DNA of 64,000 nucleotides. It comes from Parcubacteria group bacterium. GTDB lineage: Bacteria > Patescibacteriota > Patescibacteriia > UBA9934 > GWF2-40-263. Location: positions 2,490 to 66,489 of the forward strand of contig JABMNZ010000017.1 in the NCBI GenBank assembly GCA_013204395.1. Reading direction: 5' to 3'. Every line of letters begins with the position of its first letter. Position 1 is the stretch's first letter. Of this stretch, positions 1 through 9,305 are shown in pieces. The notes under the pieces were generated by a model. The model made no database searches. It saw only the letters and a program-made list of their open reading frames with translations, and had not been told where the DNA came from. The position numbers and the translations under genes were made by a program.

Positions 1-498
1 ACGCAAGCTGAACAAATATCAGGAATGACTGTTCGTTTTTGGATAGGGATACAGGATCATCTACTTTACAGGATCCAGGGGGCCGGTGCGTTCATTCAAG
101 AGGAGACAAACGACTTGATGCCAGTTGATATCCGTGTTGATTTTTCAGATCACAACCAAGTTGTAGAGATTAATGAGCCTCAAGGAACAACGGCATTCAC
201 TCAGATTCTTACGGATGCCTTTGGTGGTTTACCTGAGGCTGGTGCAAGTTCGTTTGGATCATCGGGGAAAGCAACTAGCGTTTCACTTTCCTCAACGGCC
301 AAACTTCCGGTGACTCAAGTGGAAGTGACAAACGATCCTGATAACGATGGCCTTGATAACTTGCTTGAAAGGTTTTATGGAACGGATATGAATAATCCTG
401 ATACAGATGGTGACGGGATGACTGATGGTGAGGAGGTTCGTTCTGGTATGAATCCACGAGGAAAAGGTTCTTTATTCAGTTTTGGATTAGGTTTTTAA
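1..498 (+). CDS. Partial (5'-truncated) secreted protein with thrombospondin type-3-like Ca-binding repeats
   Basis: The frame is open from window position 1. DxDxDG-type repeats are present: NDPDNDGLDNLLERFYGTDMNNPDTDGDGMTDGEEV. Confidence 0.5.
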   Translation, partial: TQAEQISGMTVRFWIGIQDHLLYRIQGAGAFIQEETNDLMPVDIRVDFSDHNQVVEINEPQGTTAFTQILTDAFGGLPEAGASSFGSSGKATSVSLSSTAKLPVTQVEVTNDPDNDGLDNLLERFYGTDMNNPDTDGDGMTDGEEVRSGMNPRGKGSLFSFGLGF

Positions 499-536
499 CT
501 ATGGCAGGAGGATGGCGACAATCCAAACGAGGGGAC

Positions 537-2264
537 ATGGATGGCCGTCTATTATTTTTTCGTTACGCGATATTTTTGTTTGCAGGGGTGATTATTTTGA
601 AACTCATTTTTATTCAGGGTATCCAACATGGCCTGTACGAGGCACTCGCCAGCGGTCAGCATGAGCTCTATCAGGAGCTCATTCCCGACCGGGGAGTTAT
701 TTATGTCCACGACATGAAAGATGAGACTCTCGTGCCTGTGGCAACCAATCGCAAACTTTCATTTATTTACGCAGATCCTCGACTTGTTGACGAGCCAGGT
801 GATACGGCTGAGGCCTTGGGGGAGCTGTTTGGGTACGATGCCACGTCAACGGCAAGACTTGAAGAAAGACTTGATCAGCCAGAGGACCCGTATGAACCAA
901 TCGAACGTGATGTGGATGAGGACATGCTCGCAAGAATCCTTGAGCTTAATTTGCCAGGCGTTGCCTATATCAGAGAAGCCTCGCGTTTTTACCCTGAACC
1001 AGAGATGAGTGGACATGTGATCGGATTTGTTGGAACCAATGAGGACGGGAGTGAGTCTGGTAGATATGGTGTTGAGGGATACTTCAATGAACTTTTAACG
1101 GGGACTCAAGGAAGTCTGCTTTCAGAGCGAGACATCGCTGGAAGGTTGATAGCGGTGGCAGATCAGTTTTTAGAGCCGGCTGTTGATGGTGCTGATATCG
1201 TTTTGACGATTGATAGAACCATTCAGTATCAAGCCTGTAGCACCCTGAAAAAGGCCGTGGCCAAACATGGTGCAGATGGCGGTTCCGTTGTCATTGTTGA
1301 TCCACAGACCGGAAAGATTCTTGGTATGTGTGGGGCTCCAGATTACGATCCGAATATTTATAATAAAGTTGATTCGATTAGGATTTTTAATAATCCAGCT
1401 ATTTTTCAGGCCTATGAGCCTGGGTCAATTTTTAAACCTATAACCATGGCGGCGGCTGTGGATGCTGGTGCTGTGACACCAACAACAACATTTACAGATA
1501 CAGGAACGGCGATGGTAGATGGGTGGCCAAGGCCAATTGGAAACGCAGAGGGAAAAGTTTATGGGCTTGTAGATATGACAAAAGTTTTGGAAGATTCCAT
1601 TAACACTGGAATGATTTTTTCTATGCGAGCTACTGGCATGGATACTTTTGTGGAGTATGTTAAAGCGTTCGGGTTTGGAGAGTTGACCGGAATTGAGTTG
1701 GAGACGGAGGTTACGGGAACGATTGATTCGCTAGATATTGGTTCAGAGATTTACGCCGCAACAGCTTCCTTCGGCCAAGGAATCACAGTAACACCACTTC
1801 AGATAGCTATGGCTTATGCCGCTATAGCAAATGGTGGAGTGCTCAAGAGACCGCAAATTATTGATGAGATTCGTCACAGTGACGGAACGGTTGAAGAGAG
1901 ACCAAGTGTAGACATTTCCCAGGTGATTGATCCCAAGACGGCTCGTACCCTCTCTGCTATGCTTGTCTCAGTGATTGAGCACGGGCATGGTAAGCACGCG
2001 GGTGTGCCTGGATATTATATCGCCGGGAAGACTGGTACGGCTCAGGTGGCTAGGGCTGAAAGTCTTGGGTATGACGAAGACAACACCATTGGTTCATTTG
2101 CAGGGTTTGGGCCTGTTGAGGATCCAAAGTTCGCCATGGTGGTCCGGATCGATAATCCAAAAGATGTCGTATGGGCGGAGTCTACCGCCGCACCACTGTT
2201 TGGTGAGCTGGCTGAGTTTCTTTTACAGTATTTTGAAGTTCCCCCCGTACGGGCAATTGAATGA
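537..2264 (+). CDS. Penicillin-binding protein 2/FtsI-type peptidoglycan D,D-transpeptidase
   Basis: N-terminal TM segment, then SxxK (GSIFKP), SxN (SINTG) and KTG (AGKTGTAQV) motifs. The ATG at 537 has a GAGGGG Shine-Dalgarno; the ORF is open from 501. Confidence 0.85.
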   Translation: MDGRLLFFRYAIFLFAGVIILKLIFIQGIQHGLYEALASGQHELYQELIPDRGVIYVHDMKDETLVPVATNRKLSFIYADPRLVDEPGDTAEALGELFGYDATSTARLEERLDQPEDPYEPIERDVDEDMLARILELNLPGVAYIREASRFYPEPEMSGHVIGFVGTNEDGSESGRYGVEGYFNELLTGTQGSLLSERDIAGRLIAVADQFLEPAVDGADIVLTIDRTIQYQACSTLKKAVAKHGADGGSVVIVDPQTGKILGMCGAPDYDPNIYNKVDSIRIFNNPAIFQAYEPGSIFKPITMAAAVDAGAVTPTTTFTDTGTAMVDGWPRPIGNAEGKVYGLVDMTKVLEDSINTGMIFSMRATGMDTFVEYVKAFGFGELTGIELETEVTGTIDSLDIGSEIYAATASFGQGITVTPLQIAMAYAAIANGGVLKRPQIIDEIRHSDGTVEERPSVDISQVIDPKTARTLSAMLVSVIEHGHGKHAGVPGYYIAGKTGTAQVARAESLGYDEDNTIGSFAGFGPVEDPKFAMVVRIDNPKDVVWAESTAAPLFGELAEFLLQYFEVPPVRAIE

Positions 2265-2971
2265 ATTTATTCTCTCTCAAAGAGGTCTCTCGAGACTATT
2301 TGAATGGCGAGGTTGTAACGAGCGCATTGCGTGGGGTTTCTGTTGAAGTTAAGAAAGGGGAGTTTTTAGCCATCATGGGGCCGTCTGGATCAGGGAAGTC
2401 AACGCTGATGCACATACTTGGTTTCCTGGATTCACACACAGGAGGCACGTATCTATTTGATGGCAGGGATGTGGCTGGAATGACTGATGATGAACTAGCA
2501 AAACTTAGACAGGATCAAGTTGGCTTTGTCTTCCAGGCGTTTAACTTGTTGTCTAAGTCTACGGTGGCGCAGAATGTCATGCTGCCACTTGTCTATGGTG
2601 GGCTTACGGTTAAGGAGCGCCACACCCGTGCGGATAACGCGATCAGTGCCGTCGGGATGGAACATCGACGCAATCACTACTCCAATCAGCTCTCTGGCGG
2701 TGAAAAGCAGCGAGTGGCCATTGCTCGCGCCTTGGTGAACAACCCGTCGGTTATTTTTGCTGATGAACCAACGGGTAATCTGGATACAAAAACAGGAACA
2801 CAAATTCTTGATTTGCTAGCTGAGCTTCATGACGAAGGGCATACGATTGTGATGGTTACTCATGAGGAGGAGGCAGCTGAGTATGCTTCTCGTATTTTAA
2901 AACTCAGAGATGGAAAAATGGAATCAGATACACAAAATGTTAATAGACGTCGGGGAGGGTATAAAAAGTAG
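2261..2971 (+). CDS. ABC transporter ATP-binding protein (FtsE/LolD/MacB family)
   Basis: Walker [13 protein letters not shown] signature [15 protein letters not shown], Walker [12 protein letters not shown]. The start overlaps the stop of the upstream PBP gene. Confidence 0.8.
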   Translation: MNLFSLKEVSRDYLNGEVVTSALRGVSVEVKKGEFLAIMGPSGSGKSTLMHILGFLDSHTGGTYLFDGRDVAGMTDDELAKLRQDQVGFVFQAFNLLSKSTVAQNVMLPLVYGGLTVKERHTRADNAISAVGMEHRRNHYSNQLSGGEKQRVAIARALVNNPSVIFADEPTGNLDTKTGTQILDLLAELHDEGHTIVMVTHEEEAAEYASRILKLRDGKMESDTQNVNRRRGGYKK

Positions 2972-2973
2972 GT

Positions 2974-4209
2974 ATGCAATATCGTGATTTGTTTACAACA
3001 GCATCCGAATCTCTCTTGCGGACAAAGTCACGCTCACTTTTGACTATACTTGGAATTGTGATTGGAATCGGGGCGGTTATTTTAATGCTGTCTATTGGGC
3101 AAGGGGCAGAGAGATTTATTTTGAATCAAGTCGCAGACCTTGGAGCAGATTTGGTTTTTGTTGAGCCAGCAAGTGGAGATCCAACATCCGGACCACCAAA
3201 CCCATTCATTGAACAAACAGTCACATTAGATGATGTAACTGCAATGGAACGGTCTGGGCTTTTCTCTACAATCTCTGCAACTTTGTTGACCACACTTCCG
3301 GTCACTGTGGGGGAGATTAACGAGTTCACGCAACTTCAAGGAACTGATGAGAATTATTTAGATTTGTTTCCAGGAGATTTACAGTACGGGACTAACTTAG
3401 ACGAATCGGATGTTGAGGGGTATGCCAAAGTAGCTGTTATTGGTTCGGAGATCTCTGAAACATTTTTTGGAGATGCAGACCCGGTTGGCCAGAAAATTAA
3501 AATTAAATCGATGAGCTTCAGGGTTGTGGGGGTCATGGAGGAGCAGGGGTCGAGATTCTTTCAAAACTTAGATAAACAAATATCTATTCCGATAACAACC
3601 ATGCAACGCGATGTAATGGGTGTTGATTCAGTGGCTTGGATTACAGCTAGAGCCATTGGCGATGTGGATGAAGTTAAGGAAGAGTTCCGGTGGTTGATGC
3701 GTGACGCCCATGATCTTGATAACCCAGAAGGAGATCCAAGCAAAGACGATTTTTTCGTAAGCTCACAGGATGACGCCACAGAAATGGTTGGGGTAGTTGG
3801 TGGTGTGCTTACCGTGCTGTTGTCATCCATCGCAGCGATCTCTCTGCTGGTTGGTGGTATCGGTATCATGAACATTATGCTTGTGTCGGTTACAGAGCGC
3901 ACAAGAGAGATTGGTTTGCGTAAGGCTGTGGGCGCGACTTACAAAGAAATCATGCTTCAGTTTTTAGTCGAGAGTGTTTTGCTAACTCTCTTGGGTGGAC
4001 TACTTGGGGTCCTCGGTGGGGTTACAATTTCATATTTGGTTGGTTGGGTTTTGATTGAATATTTTGTTGCAGATTGGACGATTGTAATTCCACCAAACGC
4101 CATAGCCCTGGCGGCAATTGTTTCAACTATTGTTGGTTTAGTCTTTGGGATTTATCCAGCTCGTAACGCGGCAAGGTTGAATCCAATCGATGCACTGAGG
4201 TACGAATAG
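2974..4209 (+). CDS. ABC transporter permease, FtsX/MacB family with periplasmic domain
   Basis: N-terminal TM, a large extracytoplasmic domain, and a C-terminal FtsX-type three- to four-TM bundle (LLVGGIGIMNIMLVSVTERTREIGLRKAVGA). Confidence 0.75.
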   Translation: MQYRDLFTTASESLLRTKSRSLLTILGIVIGIGAVILMLSIGQGAERFILNQVADLGADLVFVEPASGDPTSGPPNPFIEQTVTLDDVTAMERSGLFSTISATLLTTLPVTVGEINEFTQLQGTDENYLDLFPGDLQYGTNLDESDVEGYAKVAVIGSEISETFFGDADPVGQKIKIKSMSFRVVGVMEEQGSRFFQNLDKQISIPITTMQRDVMGVDSVAWITARAIGDVDEVKEEFRWLMRDAHDLDNPEGDPSKDDFFVSSQDDATEMVGVVGGVLTVLLSSIAAISLLVGGIGIMNIMLVSVTERTREIGLRKAVGATYKEIMLQFLVESVLLTLLGGLLGVLGGVTISYLVGWVLIEYFVADWTIVIPPNAIALAAIVSTIVGLVFGIYPARNAARLNPIDALRYE

Positions 4210-4268
4210 TATCTTACGTCTAACACTACAAACATTTTTTTAATAATTTTCAAAAAACCCCCATTTTA

Positions 4269-4300
4269 CGGAAGCTAAGCTTCCGGCCAGTGGAGGTATT
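4269..4300 (+). terminator. Hairpin (ccggaagct-a-agcttccgg) followed by a T-rich tract, downstream of the ABC permease
   Basis: Perfect 9-bp inverted repeat at 4269-4286; the tight 1-nt loop makes this a weak terminator call. Confidence 0.3.
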
Positions 4301-4326
4301 TTTGTTGGGTGTTTTGTCTGTGGAGA

Positions 4327-4355
4327 TTGACAAATAGCACTTTCCGTGCTATTTT
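4327..4355 (+). promoter_or_regulatory. Sigma70-like promoter TTGACA-N17-TATTTT upstream of the GC-rich gene pair
   Basis: -35 TTGACA at 4327-4332 and -10 TATTTT at 4350-4355. AAGGAGG Shine-Dalgarno precedes the GTG start at 4389. Confidence 0.3.
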
Positions 4356-4388
4356 TGCTAGTCCGAAATTCGGAATAAGGAGGCTGCA

Positions 4389-5663
4389 GTGAAGCACCAA
4401 TTCGACGTGAATGGATGGCGATACGGAACAAGTCAGATCGAGGATCTGGCTGACCAGATCCGTGAGCGCGTCTCCGATGAGAATTTTCCCACCGACCAGG
4501 GGGGCAAGGTGTTTGGGCTTTCCATCGCGGACCCGCTCGCAAAGGACGCCTTCAGGGTTCCAAGGTGGATGCCTTTCACGGCACAGACCGATCCGTGTGG
4601 AAGCTGGATCTGGACCAACTCCACTTGGATGGTGCGTAGCAACGCAGCCGACGAGGATTGGGTTGGCCCAGGTGCCGGCGCTCACACGAGCATGACACGA
4701 GGACCGTCATACGTCGCCGAAGCTGCCCGAGAGCTTCTGGGTACCTGTGGTGGTGTTGTGCTTCAGGGCAAATCGGATGGTGTCGGTCTCGTTGTGGACT
4801 TTGGCTGGAGCGAGTTGCTTCAGCGCAATGTCCTGCGCGTCGCCATTGGTATGCCTTCGATGAGTGGTAGCGGACTCAGCTACACAAGCCCCACGTGGGA
4901 CAACGAGGCACGCGTTGGACTCTTCGACGCACACACCGGCGAAGCCATCGTCGATCTGAACACCAACTACTTCGATGTCCAGGCCGTGGTCCGTCCATTC
5001 GTGGACGTGATCGTGCCTCGGCTCATGGAGTGGAGAATCAAGTTCGGGCTTCAGTTCGAGCTCATTGGTTCTCTGAGGGAGGGTGTTGCGGACCTGGTTC
5101 AGGTCCGTCCTAGTCCTGGATCGATCCAGGGACAGGTGGTACAAGCACCTTCAGGCAAGGAACCTCTTGTCACAACCGGCATGGTGAACATGCCTGGCGA
5201 GGTGCTGGCCGAGGTGTACATGGTTCTGGACGGTCACGGTCGCAACCAAGACCCGTTGGAAGTCACGATTATGACTGGTCAAGCTGGACGTCGCATGCCT
5301 ACGGCTGAACATTGGGATCCACTCAAGGAAGCTCTCTGTGGCAAGATCGTCTTCTGGTTGCCGGGCGCACTCCAGAAGTACAGCGGTAGCCTGTTCCAGG
5401 CGGCCGGTGCGTGGCGTCTGGGAGCCGTGGCTCAGATTTCAGCGTGGGCCATTCTCACCAACTCTGCCCACGGGACGTCAACCAACTCGTACCTGAAAAG
5501 CGAGTTGTCCAGAGCCGCTTTTGAGGAAGCGAGGGCTGGTGGTCCACTTCTGTGCATTGGCCGAGAGCTCACAAGGTTGCTCAGACGTGAGTGCAAGGGC
5601 GAAACGCCTCCCGTGCTGCACATCGTCTCCGACGGCTTGGTCGGGCAGGTCTACCGAGGCTAG
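4389..5663 (+). CDS. Hypothetical protein (G+C-rich islet gene 1)
   Basis: 424-aa ORF with GTG start after AAGGAGG. Strong G/C third-position bias unlike the flanking DNA; no recognisable motifs. Confidence 0.55.
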   Translation: MKHQFDVNGWRYGTSQIEDLADQIRERVSDENFPTDQGGKVFGLSIADPLAKDAFRVPRWMPFTAQTDPCGSWIWTNSTWMVRSNAADEDWVGPGAGAHTSMTRGPSYVAEAARELLGTCGGVVLQGKSDGVGLVVDFGWSELLQRNVLRVAIGMPSMSGSGLSYTSPTWDNEARVGLFDAHTGEAIVDLNTNYFDVQAVVRPFVDVIVPRLMEWRIKFGLQFELIGSLREGVADLVQVRPSPGSIQGQVVQAPSGKEPLVTTGMVNMPGEVLAEVYMVLDGHGRNQDPLEVTIMTGQAGRRMPTAEHWDPLKEALCGKIVFWLPGALQKYSGSLFQAAGAWRLGAVAQISAWAILTNSAHGTSTNSYLKSELSRAAFEEARAGGPLLCIGRELTRLLRRECKGETPPVLHIVSDGLVGQVYRG

Positions 5664-5838
5664 CCCACACCAGGCATACACAGCAAACGCGGCTTTTACA
5701 GCCATCCGGCACCCATACGAGGGGTCGGTATTTTGTTTTACCCCCATTTAGGTTGACAAAACGCCTAAACTGGGCTATTATCGTGTCTTGGTTTGAGGCT
5801 TTTCTCATACTCAAGACATCACTTCAAAGGAGGCGTAC

Positions 5839-7710
5839 ATGAACCGCTTTGCCCTGATTCTGGCCCTTGTGGTCGCTGGTTGCAGTCCCCAGATCGAGGA
5901 CGGCCCGCCGTTGGATTCCACGGCGGTGACCGTGAACGTGAACAAGCAGGCCCCGGCCCCGACGTCGGCCCCGCGTCAGGTTCGCGAGCCGGAGATCAAC
6001 GAGGTCTTCTCGAACCCCGAGACGCTCGCTCAGTGGCACGACAGCATGGACGCGGAGATCACCTCCGTTGCCGCCGAGCCCGATCCCCGTGAGATGTTCG
6101 AGGCCATCGCAGCCACGTACACCATCTCCCTGTCCAACCTCGAGCCGTTGTTTGGGAGCAAGGACATCTGGGGGGCTGACTACAACCCCAACGATGAGTA
6201 CACGGATCCTGATCCGGATCCTGTCGCCGAGCTCGATACCCTCGAGCAGGCTGGGTACCTGGAGCGGCAGGACCAGAAGTGGCACGCCGCCCAGATCTAC
6301 ATCGCTCACGGCAACAACGCCGACGCCAACCGCTGCGCCAAGCTCCTCTTCGACGAAGGGAGCTACAAGGTCGCGGCCATGGTGGCTGTGATGACGGGCG
6401 ACATGGACATGATGACCGCGGCCACGACCAAGATGGTCGACGCCCGTTACGTCACCAAGGTCTACGACGTGGTTCGCTACGCGTACGACAACGACAAGAT
6501 CCAGGCCGGGCGACACATTGTCGACACTCACGGATACGACTTGGTCGATGTTCTGGGTGAACAGACAGTGGGTTACCTGGCTCGTACCAGTCAACCGGAC
6601 CTCCTCGCTCCGATCATTGAGTCTTCCCTCGCACTGAGCGGTGGGGACTCGTGGAATGCCGATCAGTACGGGTCCGGCAACCTGGCGGCCGGCATTGTGA
6701 CTCTGGGTCGAACCGATCCTGAGCAAGCACGAGCGTTCGCTGCTCGCTACATCAAGATCCCACACATCAACGTGATGCTGTTGTGGAAGTGTGGTGAGGG
6801 GTGCTACGTGAGCCCCCTGATTGGAACGCTGGAACTGTACCAGCTGATCAAGGGTGATCCTCAGCTCAAGCAGATCTATCTGGACCGCACTCGCGAGTTT
6901 GCACAGGAGGCCTTCCCAGCAATCCACGTGGATGGCGAGGAACGGCCGCGGACCAAGTCGGTCATCCACGGTGTGATCGAGTACGCAGAGTGGAACAACG
7001 GGGAGATGAACGAGAGCTACGTGTTCACCTACCTGATGGCCGTCAAGGCAACTGGCGACCAGGACCTGATCGCTCTGTGGACCGAGATGGTGAACGACTT
7101 CGGTCATCGTCAGGGAGACTACAGTGGCGGGCCCATGGCCTTCGAGCGAGAGATCGGTCGAGGGATCCTGGGTCTGTCCGTGAACCCCACGGCCCCGGAT
7201 CTGGACCTTTCCCAGCAGTACCTGCTCGCGCGTCTCACCGGTGCTTCGGCCCCGGATCTGAGCCCGCTCTGGGACGAGCCTCGTGACAGCAGGCGCTACT
7301 ACAGCCACGACCCACCCAACGCGTCGCTGACTTGGCTGCTCAACATGTTCCTGAATGGGAGTATGGATCAGAACGCACAGGCGGCACTCTTGGCTACGTA
7401 CGAGCTGGTGGCGGAGAACGAGTACAGCACTCCAACTCGGCTGCTGAGCAAGAAGTTCGAAGCAGCCATGAGCGCCCACTACGGCGTTCCGAACACGCTG
7501 AACGCTCTCATGATCAAGCCCGACCGGGCTTTCTACACGAACAAGATAGCTGTCGACGAACGACAGCGTCTGATGCTGCCACCCATCGACCTGTACCCGG
7601 TTACCGAGGACGATGTCCTCGAGATCATCGCGCCGCACCTGCTGCGCATGGAGACCGAGTTGCCGGTCGCACACGCACGCCACATGGCCGCGCATCCGCC
7701 GCGGCCCTGA
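5839..7710 (+). CDS. Hypothetical lipoprotein (G+C-rich islet gene 2)
   Basis: AAGGAGG Shine-Dalgarno, signal peptide with lipobox LVVAGC. The equally long minus-strand ORF 5824..7728 is a GC-shadow ORF. Confidence 0.6.
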   Translation: MNRFALILALVVAGCSPQIEDGPPLDSTAVTVNVNKQAPAPTSAPRQVREPEINEVFSNPETLAQWHDSMDAEITSVAAEPDPREMFEAIAATYTISLSNLEPLFGSKDIWGADYNPNDEYTDPDPDPVAELDTLEQAGYLERQDQKWHAAQIYIAHGNNADANRCAKLLFDEGSYKVAAMVAVMTGDMDMMTAATTKMVDARYVTKVYDVVRYAYDNDKIQAGRHIVDTHGYDLVDVLGEQTVGYLARTSQPDLLAPIIESSLALSGGDSWNADQYGSGNLAAGIVTLGRTDPEQARAFAARYIKIPHINVMLLWKCGEGCYVSPLIGTLELYQLIKGDPQLKQIYLDRTREFAQEAFPAIHVDGEERPRTKSVIHGVIEYAEWNNGEMNESYVFTYLMAVKATGDQDLIALWTEMVNDFGHRQGDYSGGPMAFEREIGRGILGLSVNPTAPDLDLSQQYLLARLTGASAPDLSPLWDEPRDSRRYYSHDPPNASLTWLLNMFLNGSMDQNAQAALLATYELVAENEYSTPTRLLSKKFEAAMSAHYGVPNTLNALMIKPDRAFYTNKIAVDERQRLMLPPIDLYPVTEDDVLEIIAPHLLRMETELPVAHARHMAAHPPRP

Positions 7711-7734
7711 AAAGACGGCGAGGTTCATCCTCGC

Positions 7735-7777
7735 GACCGATCATCCCCCTGGGGCGTGATCGGTCTTTTCTTTTTGG
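7735..7777 (+). terminator. Rho-independent terminator closing the GC-rich islet
   Basis: Stem gaccgatca/tgatcggtc with a 13-nt loop, followed by ttttctttttgg. Confidence 0.6.
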
Positions 7778-7887
7778 TGGTATTATAGGATTAGATTGTG
7801 TTTATCTAGAAAGATGCAACGTTTTGGCTCTGAGAGCGATATAGTTATTGCAAGGTCGAAACATGACTCTTTAGGCGGGGTCAAACT

Positions 7888-7921
7888 GGGCTCGTGGTAA
7901 ACCCCCGAATATCACGAGCCC
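7888..7921 (+). promoter_or_regulatory. 9-bp stem hairpin in the 5' leader of the ECF sigma gene
   Basis: gggctcgtg ... cacgagccc with a 16-nt loop, ending 15 nt before the ATG. Confidence 0.25.
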
Positions 7922-7936
7922 GTAATCTATGTCCTT

Positions 7937-8563
7937 ATGGAAAATGAATTGGAGGTGATTGCACATGCACAAAAAAACCCTGAGATGTTTGGTAGGTTGT
8001 ACGACACGTATTACCAACCCATCTTTGGGTTCATGTATAACCGCACGGGGAATGCTGAGGTTGCAAAGGATTTAACCAGTGAAACATTCTTTCAGGCGTT
8101 AAAAAATCTTCATAAGTACAAGCCAAGAGAGGGTGCCAAGTTTAAATCCTGGTTATTCTCAATAGGCGTGGCTCAGGTGGGGAATTACTATAGAAGTAGA
8201 TCTAAGGTGCTAGAGGTCACAACAGATGAAGCACCAGAGCTAGTGAGTAGAGATGAGTTTCGTCCGGATATTGCCTATAGGATGGGTGAGGACGCCGAAG
8301 AGCTTCATGCTCAGATTGAACAGCTCCATCAAGTCATGAAGCAACTAAACCAAAGACAACAAACCATACTTACATTGAGGTTCTTCTCTCACATGACTGT
8401 CCCTGAGATTTCTTTGACAATGGGAATGAAAGAGGGAACCATTAAGTCTCACATTCACAGAGCTATTAAAAAAATGCAGTCCCTCATGATAGGGGATACT
8501 GCTGTAGATCAAATACAAACGACAACTTCTCATTCTTATGAAACGCGAATCGCTCAAAATTGA
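7937..8563 (+). CDS. RNA polymerase sigma factor, ECF (sigma-70 group 4) family
   Basis: Region 2 (YYQPIFGFMYNRTGNAEVAKDLTSETF) and region 4 HTH (LRFFSHMTVPEISLTMGMKEGTIKSHIHRAIKKM). Confidence 0.85.
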   Translation: MENELEVIAHAQKNPEMFGRLYDTYYQPIFGFMYNRTGNAEVAKDLTSETFFQALKNLHKYKPREGAKFKSWLFSIGVAQVGNYYRSRSKVLEVTTDEAPELVSRDEFRPDIAYRMGEDAEELHAQIEQLHQVMKQLNQRQQTILTLRFFSHMTVPEISLTMGMKEGTIKSHIHRAIKKMQSLMIGDTAVDQIQTTTSHSYETRIAQN

Positions 8564-8969
8564 AGATCTCCTTGAACAAATGGGGAGCCAGGAACACCCC
8601 GGAGATCCTGCACATCGCTACGAGCTTCGTCGTAAACTTTTATGTTCACGTTTCTTTAATGGGTGTGATCGACAAGGACGTTGGGATCGGATGCTTACCT
8701 ACACAGCCCCTCTTTTGGCGGGAGGTATGATGGTCGGTGTTATGGTCGTATTTGCAACGTCATGGCCTCAAGGGGCTTTAGACTCAACAGGAACTATTTC
8801 TTCACACACCATGCCATCGGCCAGTATTGAGCTAGCTGATATTACCGTTGACGTGGGTGACTTTGTTTCAGATGTTCATGCCCCCGTTGTTCGTTTGGCA
8901 GATTTTAATACAAATCCACAGGTGCGATTTCTCCCACTTGCTAACAGGCAGATCGTAAGAACTCGTTAA
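8538..8969 (+). CDS. Putative anti-sigma factor (single-pass membrane protein)
   Basis: Overlaps the 3' end of the ECF sigma gene and has one TM helix (MMVGVMVVFATSW). Called by context only. Confidence 0.45.
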   Translation: MKRESLKIEDLLEQMGSQEHPGDPAHRYELRRKLLCSRFFNGCDRQGRWDRMLTYTAPLLAGGMMVGVMVVFATSWPQGALDSTGTISSHTMPSASIELADITVDVGDFVSDVHAPVVRLADFNTNPQVRFLPLANRQIVRTR

Positions 8970-8977
8970 TGGTAATA

Positions 8978-9005
8978 AAAACAGTCTTGGACTGTTTTTT
9001 GTTTT
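8978..9005. terminator. Bidirectional rho-independent terminator
   Basis: aaaacagtc-ttg-gactgtttt followed by T-runs. Confidence 0.5.
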
Positions 9006-9012
9006 AGTGGAG

Positions 9013-9042
9013 TTGCAAAGCTTTAGAGGGGTTTGGTATAAT
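9013..9042 (+). promoter_or_regulatory. Near-consensus sigma70 promoter (TTGCAA-N18-TATAAT) driving the candidate ncRNA
   Basis: -35 at 9013-9018, -10 TATAAT at 9037-9042. Confidence 0.45.
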
Positions 9043-9048
9043 CTAATT

Positions 9049-9289
9049 GCTCCACGGAACTAATTTGGGCAAACACTTGGCATTAGGCTTGGAACCACTA
9101 CTGCTTTGGCAGAGTGTGAGAGCCTCGCGGTTATCCCTTAGGGGACAAGTTATTCAGAACGTCATATCGGCATTGCTGAATTGAATGTATCTGAGGCGCG
9201 CTGTGCTACAGCACGGGGCCCGACTAGAACCAGCCAAATGTAGGGCTGTGGAGTGATAAAAATACCGAGCAATAGCTCAGTATTTTTTT
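9049..9289 (+). ncRNA. Candidate structured ncRNA of about 240 nt, class unresolved (SRP-RNA-like domain IV motif; 6S or other possible)
   Basis: No ORF of 60 aa or more in a 330-bp gap between convergent genes. It has its own promoter. The 5' end (AUUGCUCCAC) pairs with the 3' end (GUGGAG...GAGCAAU). The internal segment GGCCC-GACU-AGAACCAGCCAAAUG resembles the SRP RNA helix-8 AGCAGCCAAGG region. A T-run lies at 9281-9290. Confidence 0.35.
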
Positions 9290-9305
9290 ATTTGGTTTGT
9301 TGCAA

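Noticed and set aside
721-1008. Short internal ORFs within annotated genes. Examples are 721..1008, 2495..2803 (-), 3561..3902 (-) and 47194..47436 (-).
   Set aside because: They are fully nested in alternative frames of well-supported genes and have no independent signals.
5824-7728. 634-aa minus-strand ORF overlapping the lipoprotein gene. Similar long antisense ORFs occur at 13981..15336 (-), 36822..37346 (-), 43778..44467 (+) and 44260..44868 (+).
   Set aside because: They are GC-rich shadow ORFs. The sense-strand genes carry the real signals (Shine-Dalgarno plus lipobox, M17 motifs, the DGR VR, Prs motifs), and the antisense translations are low-complexity Arg/Gly/Pro-rich.
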